DNA of 64,000 nt from Mobula hypostoma (GCF_963921235.1 NC_086097.1:203424001-203488000), one strand, 5' to 3'; shown: positions 13,196 to 26,410, counted from the first letter of the stretch. Numbers and translations are program-made. The notes: generated by a model not told the origin, from the letters alone.

Positions 13196-13444
13196 AGTTA
13201 GGTTTAAAGACAAATAAAAATTTAAAGTGGAATCATTTTTCTTTTGTTAGCATATGGAAGACATGTTTTTACACTATGGGGGCAATGGAAAGTATATTGT
13301 GCCTCAGAGGAGTATGAAGGTACTTGAAGGGGGTGTTGGTAAGTATGAAAATGCTTTAGGCTGAAAAAGTCTGGGAAACACTGGATAAGATTATACTTTT
13401 TATCTGTATTACAATTCATACATCTTAGATGTAGTTGCAGACAT

Positions 13445-13760
13445 GTCTCAGGGAGTTTAACTCGACCGCCTCACGGTGTCAGGGATGCAGATTTGATTCT
13501 GACCATGGGTGCTGATTGGTTAAGTGGCTCAGGTTTTCTGGTTTCCTCCCACATTTCAAAGATACGCTGATAGGCTAAGTGGCTCCTGTAAATTTTTCTT
13601 GGGTAGATTGATAGCAAAAAGAATCAAATGAAATGTTAAGGGGCATCTGTGAGAAAGGATAGGTTACAGGTGTACAGAGAAATCAGGAAGGGTATGTGGG
13701 ACAAATGAGATTGCTCTTCTGGGAATTGGTCTCAATGGGCTTTATGGTGTCCTACATTTT
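13445..13760 (+). mobile_element. V-domain SINE, old
   Basis: gcctcacgg...gatttgattctgacc...ggtttcctcccacatttcaaagat...ctgtaaatt. Confidence 0.6.
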
Positions 13761-14209
13761 TATTAGCATAAGATAAAATATGACAAGGGGGTTGTGCACT
13801 AGGGAGAGTTTATTGTCCAAATTGTGAGGGCAGAGAGCGAGGGGGAGGGAGTAGGGAGAGATGTATTTACCGAAGTGTATCCATGTATTTTCTACACTGA
13901 CCCTGTGTGACTTTTGATGATCTGAGTCAAAATACAGAAATAAATTGAGGCCATATTTAGAAACACAGTTGTGTGTGTTTAAAGGACTTGTTTATTTTCA
14001 CTATAATATGCTGTTAGCTGGTTTTGTTGGAAGTGCAGATGTATTTCCATTGAAATTGAAAATCCCACTGAAGCAAAAACCCATTATAAGTGCAACAACA
14101 TTTTAAATGTTGAAGTTGTGTTTGAGCAGCTGGAAGGAAATCCAAGATTGCACTTTTGTACCATATTAAAATTGACTCAAGCAGTTCATATACAGTGGAT
14201 ACCAAAGTT

Positions 14210-14515
14210 GAAATTTCAATGTAAATTTATTATCAAAATATATTAAGTACATATATGTCACCATATAAAACCCTGAGATTCATTTTCTTGTGAGCATTCA
14301 CGGTAAGTACAAGAAACACAATAGAATCAATGAAAGACTTTTCCTGGACCTGGTGGTGTGAGTACTGAGGCTCCTGCACCTTCTTCCTGATTGCAGCAGC
14401 AAGAGGAAAGCATGACTTGATGGTGGGTGTCTTTGATGACGAATGCTGCTCTCCCATGACAGCGCTCTGTGTAGATGTGTTCATTGGTAGGAGGGCTTTA
14501 CCAGACTGGGCTATG
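14210..14515 (-). mobile_element. Rex1-type LINE 3' part, interrupted by Tc1
   Basis: Tail catatatgtcaccatataaaaccctgagattcatttt matches the sense tails at ~17.2 and ~17.7 kb; continues at 16100. Confidence 0.8.
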
Positions 14516-16099
14516 CAGCGGTATGCAAAAGTTTGGGCACCCCTGGTCAAAATTTCTGTTACTGTGAATAGCTTAGCGAGTAAAAGATGACCTGATTTCC
14601 AAAAGGCATAAAGTTAAAGATGACACATTTCTTTAATATTTTAAGTAAGATTACTTTTTTATTTCCATCTTTTACAGTTTCAAAATAACAAAAAAGGAAA
14701 AGGGCCTGAACCAAAAGTTTGGGCACCCTGCATGGTCGGTACTTAGTAGCACCCCCTTTGGCAAGTATCACAGCTTGTAAACGCTTTCTGTAGCCAGCTA
14801 AGAGTCTTTCAATTCTTGTTTGGAGGATTTTCACCCATTCTTTCTTGCAAAAGTTTTCTAGTTCTGTGAGATTCTTGGGCCGTCTTGCATGTACTGTTCT
14901 TTTGAGGTCTATCCCCAGATTTTCAATGATGTTTAGGTCAGGGGACTGTGAGGGCCATGGCAAAACCTTCAGCTTGCGCCTCTTGAGGTAGTCCATTGTG
15001 GATTTTGAGGTGTGTTTACGATCATTATCCTGTTGTAGAAGCCATCCTCTTTTCATCTTCGGCTTTTTTACAGACGGTGTGATGTTTGCTTCCAGTATTT
15101 GATTGAATTCATTCTTCCCTCTACCAGTGAAATGTTCCCCATGCCACTGGCTGCAACACAAGCCTAAAGCATGATCGATTCACCCCCGTGCTTAACGGGG
15201 AGAGGTGTTCTTTTCATGAAATTTTGCACCCTTTTTTCTCCAATCATACCTTTGCTCACTGTGGCCAAAAAGCTCTATTTTAACTTCCTCAGTCCACAGG
15301 ACTTGTTTCCAAAATGCATTAGGCTTGTTCAGATGTTCCTTTGCAAACTTCTGATGCTGAATTTTGTGGTGAGGACTCAGGAAAGGTTTTTTTCTGATGA
15401 CTCTTCCATGAAGGTCATATTTGTGCACCACCACTCCAGAGTCTGCTAAATCTTCCTGAACATCTTTTGCAGTCAAACAGGGGTTTTGATTTGTCTTTCT
15501 TGCAATCCTACGAGCAGTTCTCTCAGAAAGTTTTCTTGGTCTTCCAGACCTCAACTTGACCTCCACCTTTCCTGTTAACTGCCATTTCTTAATTACATCA
15601 CGGACTGAGGAAACGGCTACCTGAAAACACTTTGCTATCTTCTTATAGCCTTCTCCTGCTTTGTGGGCATCATTTATTTTAATTTTCAGAGTGCTAGGTA
15701 GCTGCTTAGAGAAGCCCATGGCTGCTGATTGTTGGGACAAGGTCTGAGGAATCAGGGTATTTATAATGCTTTGAAATTTGCATCACCTGGCCTTTCCTAA
15801 TGATGACTGTGAACAAGCCATAGCCCTAACAAGATAATTAAGGTCAGAGACCTTGGTAAAAGTTATAAGAGAGCTCGAATCTCTTGGGGTGCCCAAACTT
15901 TTGCATGGTGCTCCTTTCCTTTTTTTCACTCTAAAATTGTACAAAACAAAAATAATACACTAATCTTGCTTAAAATGTTGAAAAGAATGTTTCAGCTTTA
16001 ACTTTATGACTTTTGGAGATCAGTTCATCTTCTACTCACTTAACTATTCACAGTAACAGAAATTTTGACCAGAGGTGCCCAAGCATTTGCATGCCGCTG
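14516..16099 (-). mobile_element. Tc1/mariner IR/DR-type transposon, 1584 bp
   Basis: ~210-bp imperfect terminal inverted repeats starting cagcgg(t/c)atgcaaa; paired direct repeats aaaagtttgggcaccc at 14527 and 14713 and inverted at ~15887 and ~16074; right flank TA, left flank TG. Confidence 0.95.
14736..15719 (-). pseudogene. Tc1 DD34E transposase, inactivated
   Basis: MGFSKQL..GEGYKKIAK..RSGRPRKLS; WTEEVKIELF (first catalytic D reads E); QQDND-x34-E with WPSQSPDLNIIEN; GGATKY end with the stop read as CGA; split over two frames. Confidence 0.93.
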
Positions 16100-16470
16100 T
16101 ATTCACAACTTCTGGTAGAGGTTTCCATCCAAGGGCATTGGAGTTTCCATACCAGGTTGTAATGCAACCAGTCAATATACTCTCTGCCGCACATTGATAG
16201 AAGTTTGTCAAAGGGTTAGAGGACATGACAAATCCTTGCAAACTTCTGAGAAATTAGAGGTACTGCTGTGCTCTCTTCATAATGGTGTTTATATGCTGGA
16301 CCCAGGACAGATCCGCTGAAATGATAACACCGAGGAATTTAAAGTTGCTGGCCCTCTCCATCTCTGATCTCCCTATGATGACTGACTTATAGAACTCTGA
16401 TTTCCTCCTTCTGAAGCCAATAATCAGCTCCTTGGTCTTGTTAATATTGAGTGAGAGGTTGTTGCCCTGA
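16100..16470 (-). mobile_element. Rex1-type LINE, continuation beyond the Tc1
   Basis: NNLSLNINKTKELIIGFRR..FKFLGV..KRAQQYL and ESILTGCITTWYGN. Confidence 0.85.
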
Positions 16471-17480
16471 CTGCTCTGACTTTCCTCTGCTGGGTCATCC
16501 CCACCCAACAGTATCCAAAGTGGTATAGCTGTTGTTGAGGGGGATGGCCTCAGGAGTACTCTACACTGGCTGTCTAACCCCCATCACCCTCCTGACTTTC
16601 ACCCAGATCCCTGTTTCCTGCACCCTGGGTGTAACTACCCCTCTATATTTCCTGTCTATTATCCCCTCAGCCTCCCAAAAGATCTGAAGTTCATTTAGTT
16701 CTATCTCCAACTGCTTAACGTGGAGATTTGGAAGATAGATGCACTTTTGCAGAGGAAGTCTAATGCCTTTGAGTAGAAAATCACACAAAAGGTAGTGGAT
16801 TCGGCTCAGTACATCACAGGTAAAGCCCTCCCAACCATTGAGCACATTTGCATGAAATGTTGTCGTAGAAAAGCAGCATCCATCATCGAAGATCCTCACC
16901 ACCCAGGGTCATGCTCTTTTTTTGCTGCTGCCATCAGGTAGAAGGTAGAAGTGCTTCAGGACTCGCACCACCGGGTTCAAGCACAGTTACTACCCCTCAA
17001 CCATTAGGCTCTTGAACAAAAGGAGATAATTACACTCATTCTATTTCTGGTGTTCCCACAACAATGGTCTCACTTTAAGGATTCCTTATCTTATTTCATG
17101 CTCTCATTATTTAGTTATTTATTTACATTTGCAATGACACAGTTCGTTGTTCATTGATCCTGCTTAAATTACTGTTCTATAGATTTGCTAAGTATGCTCG
17201 CAGGAAGAATAATCTCAGGGTTGTATATGGTGACATGTAGGTACTCTGATAATATATTTTACTTTGGCGTTGAACTTTGAAGTTGTCAGGGACACTGCAG
17301 GTCTCCCTGCCTTCCCACATAACTGCAAGAGTGGGATTCAACTATCCTTCATGGCATTCGCCTTCTCTCACTCAGGCTTCTCCTTGATGAAGCCCCGAAG
17401 AGCTAAAACCTCAAAATTCCCACTCTAACATTGCCTACTCCAACAATGGCCGCTCTAACAAAGGCTGCTCTGTCTACCCC
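16470..17480 (-). mobile_element. CR1 5' region / ORF1 fragment, interrupted by a sense Rex1 3' end (~16760-17280)
   Basis: VKQLEIELNELQIFWEAEG..VVTPRVQE matches the CR1 ORF1 at 34345-34542. The insert has DPHHPG/LLPSGR-type coding and a Rex1 tail. Confidence 0.65.
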
Positions 17481-17499
17481 AAACTTATTTGAATTTGCA

Positions 17500-18100
17500 C
17501 TTATTTATTTATTATTATTATTACTTATTTATTTTTGTATTTGCACAATTTGCTGTCTTCTGCATAGTGGTTGACCATCCAATTGGTGCGGTCTTTCATT
17601 GATTCTGCTATGGTTATTATTCTGTCATGGATTTATGAGTATGCCCACAAGGAAATGAATCTCTGGGTTGTATATGGTGACATATATGTATTTTGATAAT
17701 AAATTTACTTTGAACTTTCAACTTTGAAAAGGAATCTTGTGACTTGCAATAAAGCATCGGAAAGGCGACATCCATCATTAAGGACCCCCATCACCCAGGA
17801 CATGCCCTCTTCTCATTGTTACCATCAGGAAGGAGGTATAGAGGTCCAAAGGTACACACTCAGCAATTAAGGAACAGCTTCTTCCCCTCTGCCATATGAT
17901 TTGTAAATGGATATTACTACCAATACATCAATACTACCTCACTTTGGAAAAATATATATTATTTTTGCATTATTTTTAATCCATTCAATATACATATATA
18001 TACTTACTGTAATTAATTTACTTATTTAATTATTGTACTGCTGCTATTAAGTTAACAAATTTCATGACACATGCTGGTGATAATAAACCTGATTCTGATT
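17500..18100 (+). mobile_element. Two Rex1-type LINE 3' ends
   Basis: Tails aataaatttactttgaacttt and aataaacctgattctgatt; aaggacccccatcacccagg coding remnant. Confidence 0.75.
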
Positions 18101-18309
18101 CACCTTCACTTCTAAATGCAGTTGCTGCTCCTCAGTGCTTCAATTGATAGAGAGCATTTCTCACCCAGAAAATACTTTGAGATATGGACTAGAAAGCATC
18201 CAGGCCACTTTCCATTAATGGAATAGCTACACTCAGCAGTATCAGAGTTCAACCTGATTTTTGTTTCTATATTGTAACTATATAGCTAATAAAGCTAATA
18301 GATTCATGG

Positions 18310-18420
18310 AAAACACAAGCGATTCCTCAGCTGCTTAAAATCCAGACTAACGCAGGAGGATCTCAGCAGGTCAGGCAGCATCTCTGGAAAGGAAAAGAGT
18401 CTACGTTTTGGGACAACTCA
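18310..18420 (-). mobile_element. Penelope terminal-repeat fragment
   Basis: ctcagcaggtcaggcagcatctctggaa...ctacgttttggg, matching the copies at ~47.6 and ~50.9 kb. Confidence 0.65.
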
Positions 18421-18556
18421 GCCATGTATTCAGCCCATGAATGCATTCTAAATGCAGTATGTGGGGATAGACTGGAAGAAGATGTGCTATCCACACTGCT
18501 GAAAAGACTTTTGACTTTGTGTTCTTGAATTAGGATTTTGTTTATGTGAGTCATTG

Positions 18557-18604
18557 GAATGACATGGGTAAGCTTTAACAGAATGACATGGGTAAGCTTT
18601 AACA
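18557..18604. repeat. Perfect 24-bp tandem duplication
   Basis: gaatgacatgggtaagctttaaca, two copies. Confidence 0.95.
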
Positions 18605-19384
18605 GAATGGGGATCTCCTATGATGCATGAGAACATTTGTGGTCTCTATGCCTGCAAAAGGTAAGTTTTCTTTTCATCTGAGGAAGGCTATGATCTCTGA
18701 ATATACCTCTGAGATCAGATAACTATAGTCTTTTCTTAATTTGAAAATCAAATGCAAATATGCCCACAGTTAATTAACAGATCACAACTAACCCAGTTAT
18801 ACACTTATTGTTTTCACTAACTATTTCAATGCTACCCTTCAATTTGGATTGATTTCAATGGCTGCTACTGTGGCCACCATTTTAGTTCTGATACTACCTG
18901 ACCTTGAATGGAAAGCTTCTGACCTCCAGTCGTAAATAATGCATTAGAATTTATAAACAACTTGGTAAGAAATGTTGTTGGGTGGGACATTGCATGTTGG
19001 GAATAGCAATGGGACTTCTCTTAATCATAATTTTGCAAAACATTCCAAGGTGCATAATCCAAGAAGATTGTAAGGTGAATGATGGATGGGAAATCAGGGG
19101 AGAATTTGAATAGTGAAGAGTTTCAGTAATGTCCTTCAGTCCTGTGTACCCAGTGTTTGAGCATGCAGCACAGAGGGGCTGGTAGGAGGAGGAATGGATG
19201 TGGAACTTCTTGGTTGATTGGTCAAGGTGCTATTCACAGTACACTCGAGGTCTGGTCTAACTGGTTTGCACAGTGGAGATTAAACTGTATCCTGGCTGAT
19301 GAGGATAATTAAAATTTTTTTTTTGTTTTGTTTTTGCTCGCTTTGGACAATGAAGTTATTTTGAAAAGAAACAGAAACCACTTA

Positions 19385-19690
19385 AAAGAACTGACAGCTC
19401 CAATAATCAGGGTTCAATCCTAACACCAGTGCTCTCTGTGTGGAGTTTGCAGACCTCTCCCTATGACAGTAGCGGTTTTCTGCAGGCGGTCTGGATTTTT
19501 CCCACGTCCCAGAGATGTGCATGTTGATAGGTTTGTAGGGCACAGTGAATTGTCCCTTATGTGCAGGTGAGTGGAGGAAACTTGAGGAGATGGTATAATG
19601 TGGGGAGTAATAAAATGGGCTTGGATAGGATCATTATGAACATACTGTAGGTGCCTGATGGCCAGTGTGGAGTCTATGATTCTATTACTA
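19385..19690 (+). mobile_element. V-domain SINE
   Basis: gggttcaatcc B box; ctgtgtggagtttgca...ttttcccacgtcccagagatgtgc. Confidence 0.75.
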
Positions 19691-20329
19691 AATGTAGGTA
19701 AGCTGAGGCAGGGGGTCAGTTGAAGTTGTGGATGTGGAAACAATCTGTCCTTGTGAGGAAAACTGAACCAGAAACACCTTGAACAAACTGCTTAATGCTT
19801 ATATTGTAATATGGTGTCTAAAATATTTATTTGAAATTTTAAATAGGTGGCAAATATTCTAAAATAATGACTTTGAATTTTAAGCTGAATGTTGACTTTG
19901 AATTCAGCCAAAACACACAATCAATAAATAAAAGGATAAATAAAGATCATTGCTTTAGCCAGTGGTCTGTGTGCCAATCCCCAGCGTTTGCAAGTGCCTG
20001 TTTTATGTGTCTAATAAACATTGCTTTGCTTCCAGAGTATTATGCTCCCAAACTTATCACCTATTTGTTGAACTCCTCAATTATATTACAAAAATGCACC
20101 ATATTCAACCTCAGCATATCAAAATAAAGCTTTCCAATTATATTTTATCATTAATTCTGAAAGTAACCACAATCCGTGGGAACCAGTTTGCATTGCTACT
20201 GAAGAAATGAGGTGGGAAGGTGGCAGAACATAATTAACCAGTTATAACCAGCCCATTCATTGTACTACAGGCATGAGGAGCAGTACCAGCAGAGGGCAAG
20301 AATAGGATGTACTCCAGCCTCTCTCAAGA

Positions 20330-23300
20330 GTTCTGTTCCTGTGGATGAAGAGGACTAAAGGGTCCAGGATGTCTCAGGCCAGCTGCAAAAGATTCTGAAG
20401 AGGGAGGGTGAGCAGCCAGAGGGTGAGGTGCTACATAGGTAGAAAGGGAAAGAGGTCCTGCGCAGTGAGTATTGGCAGTTAGGGAAGAGGCTGAAGATCA
20501 GGACCTCCAAGGAAGGAGAATTACATCCAGCATCACATGTTGGTCAGGGCAGGAATCAGATAATGGTACAGAATGGCTGAGGAACTGGTGTGGTGTGGAG
20601 TGGGGTTACAGATTTCTGTATCATTGGGATCTGGGGAAGGTATAACTTGTACAAAAAGGATGGGTTACACCTGAAACTGAGGGGACCAATATCCTTGTGG
20701 ACAGGGGTGCTAGAGCCAGTGGGGAGGGTTTAAGCTAAGTTGGCAGGGGGAGGGGAACCAAGTGATAGTGCTGAGGATGAGGTAGTTACTTTGCAAACAG
20801 AGGCAATGTATAGTGAGACTCCTAGTAAGGAGAGGCTGATGATAAGGCAAAAATTGCCATCAACAGGATGAGTTGCAATGTGAAAGATGGAAAAAATCAA
20901 AAGGGGTGATGAATACAGGACTGAAGGTGTTATATTTGAATGTGTGCTGTATATGGAATAAGGTAAATGAACTTGTAGCACAGTTGAGATTAGCAGGAAT
21001 GATGTTGTGGGCATCACTGAGTTGTGGGTGAAAGAAGATTATAGCTGGGAGCATAACATCCAAGGAAACACCTTGTATCAAAAGGACATGCAGGTAGGCA
21101 GAAGGGGCAGGGTGGTTCTGTTGGTAAAAAAAATGAGAAAGAGGTGAAAAGTTAGAAAGAGGTGGCATAGGATTGGAACTCTACCTTGTGGGTAGAGTTA
21201 GGGAACTGCAAGGGTAAAAAGACCCTGATGGGAGTTACATACAGGGTCCAAACAGTAGGCAGCATGTGGGATATAAATTTAGGCTTTTTAGAGCTGTTTG
21301 TGTTTGAACCCACTAGGGGAAAGGCATTTCTGGTTTGGATGTCATGTAATGAACTAGATTTGATTAGGAACTTAAGGTAAAGGAACATTTGGGAAGCAAT
21401 GATCATAATATGATAGAATTCACCCTGCAGTTTGAGAGGGAAAATCTAAAGTCAGATGTATCAGTATTGCAGTGGAATAAAGGGAATTACAAAGGTATGA
21501 GAGAGGAGGTGGCCAAACTTGACTGGAAGGGGACATTAGCAGGGATGATGACAGAAGAGAAATGGTTGGGGTATCTGGGAACAATTCAGAAAGCACAGAA
21601 CAGATACATCCCAAAGTTGGAGAAGTATTCTGAAAGTAGGAATAGGCAATCCTGGATGACATGAAAAGTCAAAGACGGCATAAAAGCTTAAGGAAAGGCA
21701 TATGAAATAGCAAAAATTAATGGAATATTAGTGGGTCACCATTTCCCCCGAGATCAATAAAGTATGACTATGACTATGACTATGATCGAGAAGCTTTTAG
21801 AAACGAACAGAAGGCAAGTAAAAAAAAAACTAGAGCAAGTAGATGATATATGAATGTAAGCTAGCCAAAAATATCAAAGGGGATACCAAAAGTTTTATTT
21901 TCAGATATATAAAGAGTAAAATAGAAGTGAGAATGGATTTGGACCGCTGGAAAATGACACAATAGAAGTAGTAATGGGGTGACAATAAAATGGAGAACAA
22001 ACCTAATAAGTATTTTGTGTCAGTCTTCACTGTGATAGACACCAGCCATATGCCAGAAATTTGAGAGTGCCAGGGGGCAGAAGTGAGTGTAGTTGGTATT
22101 ACTAAGGAGAAGGTGCTGGAGAAGTTGAAAGGTCTGAAGGTAGATAAATCCTTCAGAGGGACTAGATGGATTACACCCCTGGTTTCTGAAAGAGGTGGCT
22201 GAAGAGATTGTGGAGGCATTAGTAATGATCTTTCACTAAATTCTGGAATGGTTCCAGAGGACTGGAAACTTGCAAATGTCACTCCACCCTTTAAGAAGGG
22301 AAGGAGGCAGAAGAAAGGAAATTATAGGCCAGTTAGCTTGACTTCAGCGGTTGGGAAGATGTTGGAATCCATTATTAAGGATGAGGTTTCAGGGCATTTG
22401 GAGGCACATGATAAAGCAGGCCGACATCAGCATGGTATCTACAATCTTGCCTGACAAATCTGTTGGAATTCTTTGAGGTAATAACAGGCAAGATGGACTT
22501 AGGAGAGTCAGTGGATGCTGTTTACTTGGATTTTCAGAAGGCCTTTTGACAAGGTGCCTCACATGATAAGAGCCCATGGCATTACAGGAAAGATACTAAC
22601 ACTGATAGAAGATACATTGATTGACAAGTGGTGTTCCACAGGTGCTGATATTGGGACTGCTTCTTTTCACATTAAATGTGAATGATTTGGATGATGAAAT
22701 TGATGGCTTTGTGCCCAAGTTTGCAGATGATATTAAGATAGGTGGAGGGGCAAATAGTGTTGAGGAAGCTGGGAATCTGCAGAAGGACCTGGACAGATTG
22801 GGAGAATGGGCAAAGAAGTGGCAGATTGAATATAATGTAGGGAAGTGCATGTTTATACACTTTAGTAGAAGCAATTAAGATGTAGTCTATCTTCCAAATG
22901 GTAGTCTTTGCGCAGGATTCCCTAAAGGTTAACTTGCAGGGTGAGTCAGGAAAGCAAATGCAATGGTAGCATTCATTTCGAGCATATAAGAGCAAGGATG
23001 TGATGCTGAGGCTGTATAAGGCATTGGTCAGACCGTACTTGGAGTATTGTGAGCAATGCTGGGCCCTTTATCTAAGAAAGGATGTGCTGGCTTTGGAGAG
23101 AACCCAGAGGAGGTTCTTGAGAATGATTCTAGGAATGAAGGGATTAACATATGAGGAACACTTGATGGCTCTTGGCCTTGCTCAATGGAGATTAGAAGAA
23201 TGGGAGGTGAGGAGGGGGGGGATCTCCTGGAAGCCTTTAAAATGTTGAAATGCCTTTATCCAGGGAGTGGTGTATCTGTGGAATTCATTGCTACAGATGG

Positions 23301-23470
23301 CTGTGGAGATCAGGTCACTGATTATGTTGGGAGCAGAGGTTGATAGGTTCTTGGTTAGTCAGTGTGTCAAAGGTTACGTGGAGAAGGCAGGAGAATGGGT
23401 CTGAGAGGGAGAGTAAATCAGCCATGATGGATTGGCAGGCTCAGTGGGCCGAGAGGCCAAACTCTGCTCC
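20330..23470 (+). mobile_element. CR1 LINE with ORF1 (SGNH esterase), APE and RT remnants, internally deleted
   Basis: DGLHL ORF1 motif, GITE and GSNDHNMIEF endonuclease motifs, VPEDWKLANVTP..NYRPVSLTS, SGVPQ..KFADD, CR1 3' tail. Confidence 0.9.
21735..21785 (+). mobile_element. Extremely short Rex1 3'-tail insertion with (TATGAC)n
   Basis: ccatttcccccgagatcaataaagtatgac matches the tail of the 5468-6065 element. Confidence 0.75.
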
Positions 23471-23659
23471 TATGCCTTATGGTGTCATGGACTACACTGT
23501 GTTGAGGGTACAGAGAGAGACTGATGGGCGTAAATCAAAACGTTTGATCTCTTGGTACTCTTCTAGAACATCTTTGTTGGGTGTTAAGGAACATGGAGGA
23601 GTACTTTTGGTAGCAGCTTGGCTTTGGGCTTTGTGATTCCTTTGGAACAGTTCCTTCCC

Positions 23660-24488
23660 AGCAAGTATTGTGAGCACTTTTGGGCCCCTTGTCTAAGTAA
23701 GAATATGCTGACATTGGAGGAGATTCAAAGGAGGTTCACAAAAATGATTCCGGGATTGAAAGACAATAAGAGCATAAGACCATGATATAGGAGCAGAATT
23801 AGGCCATTTGGCCTTTCGAGTCAGCTCTGCCATTTCATTGTGGCGGATCCAATTTTTCTCTCAGCCCTAATCTTCTGCCTTCTCCCTGTATCCCTTCATG
23901 AGCTGACCAATCAAGAATCTATCAATCTCTACATAAAGACATGGCCTCCTTAGCTGCCTGTGGCAAAAAATTCCACAGATTCACTACTCTCTGGCTAAAG
24001 AAATTCCTCCTCATCTCCATTCTAAAAGGACACCCCTCTATTCTGAGGCTTATTATATGAGAAGCGTTTGATGGCTCTGGGCCTATACTCACTGGAATTC
24101 AGAAGAATGAGGGGGGGATCTCATTAAACCTATTGAATTTTGAAAGCCTTGGTAGAGTGAATGTGGAATGTTGGGGGAGTCTAGGAACTGAGGACACAGC
24201 TTCAGAATAGAGGGACATAAATTTGGGATGGAGATGAGGAATTTCTTCAGCCAGAGAGTGGTGAATCTGTGAAATATGTTGCCACAGGCAGCTGTGGAGG
24301 CCAAGTCATTGCGTATATTTATGGAAGAGTTTGATAGATTCATGATTAGTCAGGGCATGAAGGGATACGAGGAGAAGTCAGGAGATTGAGGCTAAGAAGG
24401 AAAATGGATCAGCCATGATGAAAAGGTGGAGGAGACTCGATGGGACAAATGGGACTAATTCTGCTCCTATACCTTATGGTCTTATGGA
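23660..24488 (+). mobile_element. CR1 3' end containing an inverted CR1 3' end (~23763-24050)
   Basis: Sense coding resumes ttattatatgagaagcgtttg after an antisense block beginning cataagaccatgatataggagcagaattaggcc. Confidence 0.85.
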
Positions 24489-24489
24489 C

Positions 24490-26410
24490 ATCTCGCTCAA
24501 CAACAGCTATGTCACTTTGGACACTGTTGTGAAGGGCAGGGGATTGACCTAACCGAGGAAAGTCACAGTGGTTGGGTCTCTGGCACTGAGTCTAGCTCGA
24601 TGACTCAGAAGGGAAGCAGGGTGAAGAGGCACGTGATAGGGGATTTGTTAGTTAGGGGAACAAACATAAGGTTCTGTAGCTGAGAATGAGATTCCCAGAT
24701 GGTATGTTGCCTCCCGCATGCCAGGGTCCAGGATATCTCGGATCGATTTCTCAGCATTCCTCAGCAGAGTCCTCAGGAAGGGTGAACAGCCAGAAGTCAC
24801 GGTCCACATAGGTACCAATGAGATGGATAGGACAAGTGATGAAGTTCTGCACAGGGAGTTCAGGGAATTAGGTGCTAATTTAAAGAGCAGGGCCTCCAGG
24901 ATTGAGATCTCAGGATTTCTACTTGTGCTGCATGCTAGTGAGGCCAGAACTAGGAAGATTATACAGTTTAATACATGGCTAAGGAGTTGGTGTAGGAGGG
25001 AGGGCAGAAGATTTTTGAATTATTGGGCTCTTTTCCAGGGATGATTTGGATCTGAACTGGAGGGAGACTAATATCCTAGCATGAAGGTTTGTTAATGCTG
25101 CACAGTGGGGTTTAAACTAGAGTTGCAGGGGATGGGAACCAGAGTGCCAGAACAGTTAGTGGAGAGGCTGTGGAGGCAGATGTTGTTAAGACCTCAGTCA
25201 AAGCTAGGAATCAAAAGGTTGAGCATGGTGCAACTAGGGCGTATATTTCAATGCAAGAGGTAACGTAGAAAAGGCAGATGAGCTCAGGGCATGGAGGAGG
25301 GGCAGGACTGGCAGCTCAGTATTTCGGGGTTCTGTTGTTTTATATGTGACAGAGTGGGAGGGGTTAAAGAATGAAGAGTTGCATTACAAGTCAGGGAAAA
25401 TGTCACGGCAGTGCTCTGTCAGGATAGACTGGAGAACTTGACTAGTGAGGTGTTATAGGTGGAAATGAGAAATAAGAAAGGTATCACCACATTAATGGGG
25501 CTATATTACAGACCACCCAACAGTCCTAGGGATTTAGAGGAACAAATTTGTCAAGAGATTGCAGACTGTTGCAAGAAATATTAGGTTGTTGTATTAGGTG
25601 ATTTTGACTTTCCACATATTGGCCGGAAATCCCATACTGTAAAAGGACTAGGCGGGATACAGTATGTCAAATGTGTTTCCTTCATCAGTGAATAGAAGTC
25701 CTAACAGGAGAGTGTACGATACCAACTAGATCTGCTGTTCGGGAGTGAGTCAGGCAGGTGACAGAAGTTTGTGGTGGGGAACACTTTGCATCCAGTGACC
25801 ACTATGCTATTTGTTTCCAGGTAAATATGCAAAGAGATGGGTCTGGTCTGTGGGTTGAGATTCTAAACTGGAGAAAGGCCAATTTTGATGGTATCCGAAA
25901 TGAACTAGCCAGTATGGATTAGGACAGGCTGTTTTCTTGCGAATGTGTACTTGGAAAGTGAAAGGCCCACAAAAATGAAATTTTGAAATTTTGTAAGTGT
26001 CTGCCAGAATAAAAGGTAAAGAAAAGAAGTGTAGGGAGCTTCGGTTTTCAAGAGATATTGAGGCTCTGGCTAAGAGAGAAAAGGAGATGCATAGCAAGTA
26101 TAGACAAGTAGGAAGAAATGAGCTGCTTAAGAAAGAAATCAGGAAGGCTGAAAGAAGGCATAAAGTTGCTCTAGCAGACAAGGTGAAGGTGAATCCAAAG
26201 GGATTCTACAAGCATGTTCAGAGCAAAAGGATTGCTAGGACAAAATTAGTTCTCTGGAAGACCTGAATGGTAGTCCATATGTGGAGCCAAAACAGATGGG
26301 GGAGATCTTAAATGCACTCTTTGCATCTGTATTTGCTTGGGAGATAGCTACAGAGTCTATTGAAGTGAGGGAAAGCAGCATTAACTTCATGGACCCTGTA
26401 CATATTACAG
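24490..26410 (+). mobile_element. CR1 5' part: ORF1 esterase and ORF2 endonuclease
   Basis: VIGD, CLP, VTVHIGTNE, FNTWLRSWCRREG (ORF 24718-25044); YYRPP, LGDFDFP, SSDH. Confidence 0.88.

Larger units (their letters stand above)
8046..13383 (+). mobile_element. hAT (Buster/Charlie-type) DNA transposon, decayed, interrupted by nested insertions
   Basis: Left end caaagattcccagc and right end aaaaagtctgggaaacactg (10/14 inverted match); transposase motifs in between. No clean 8-bp TSD recovered. Confidence 0.8.
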
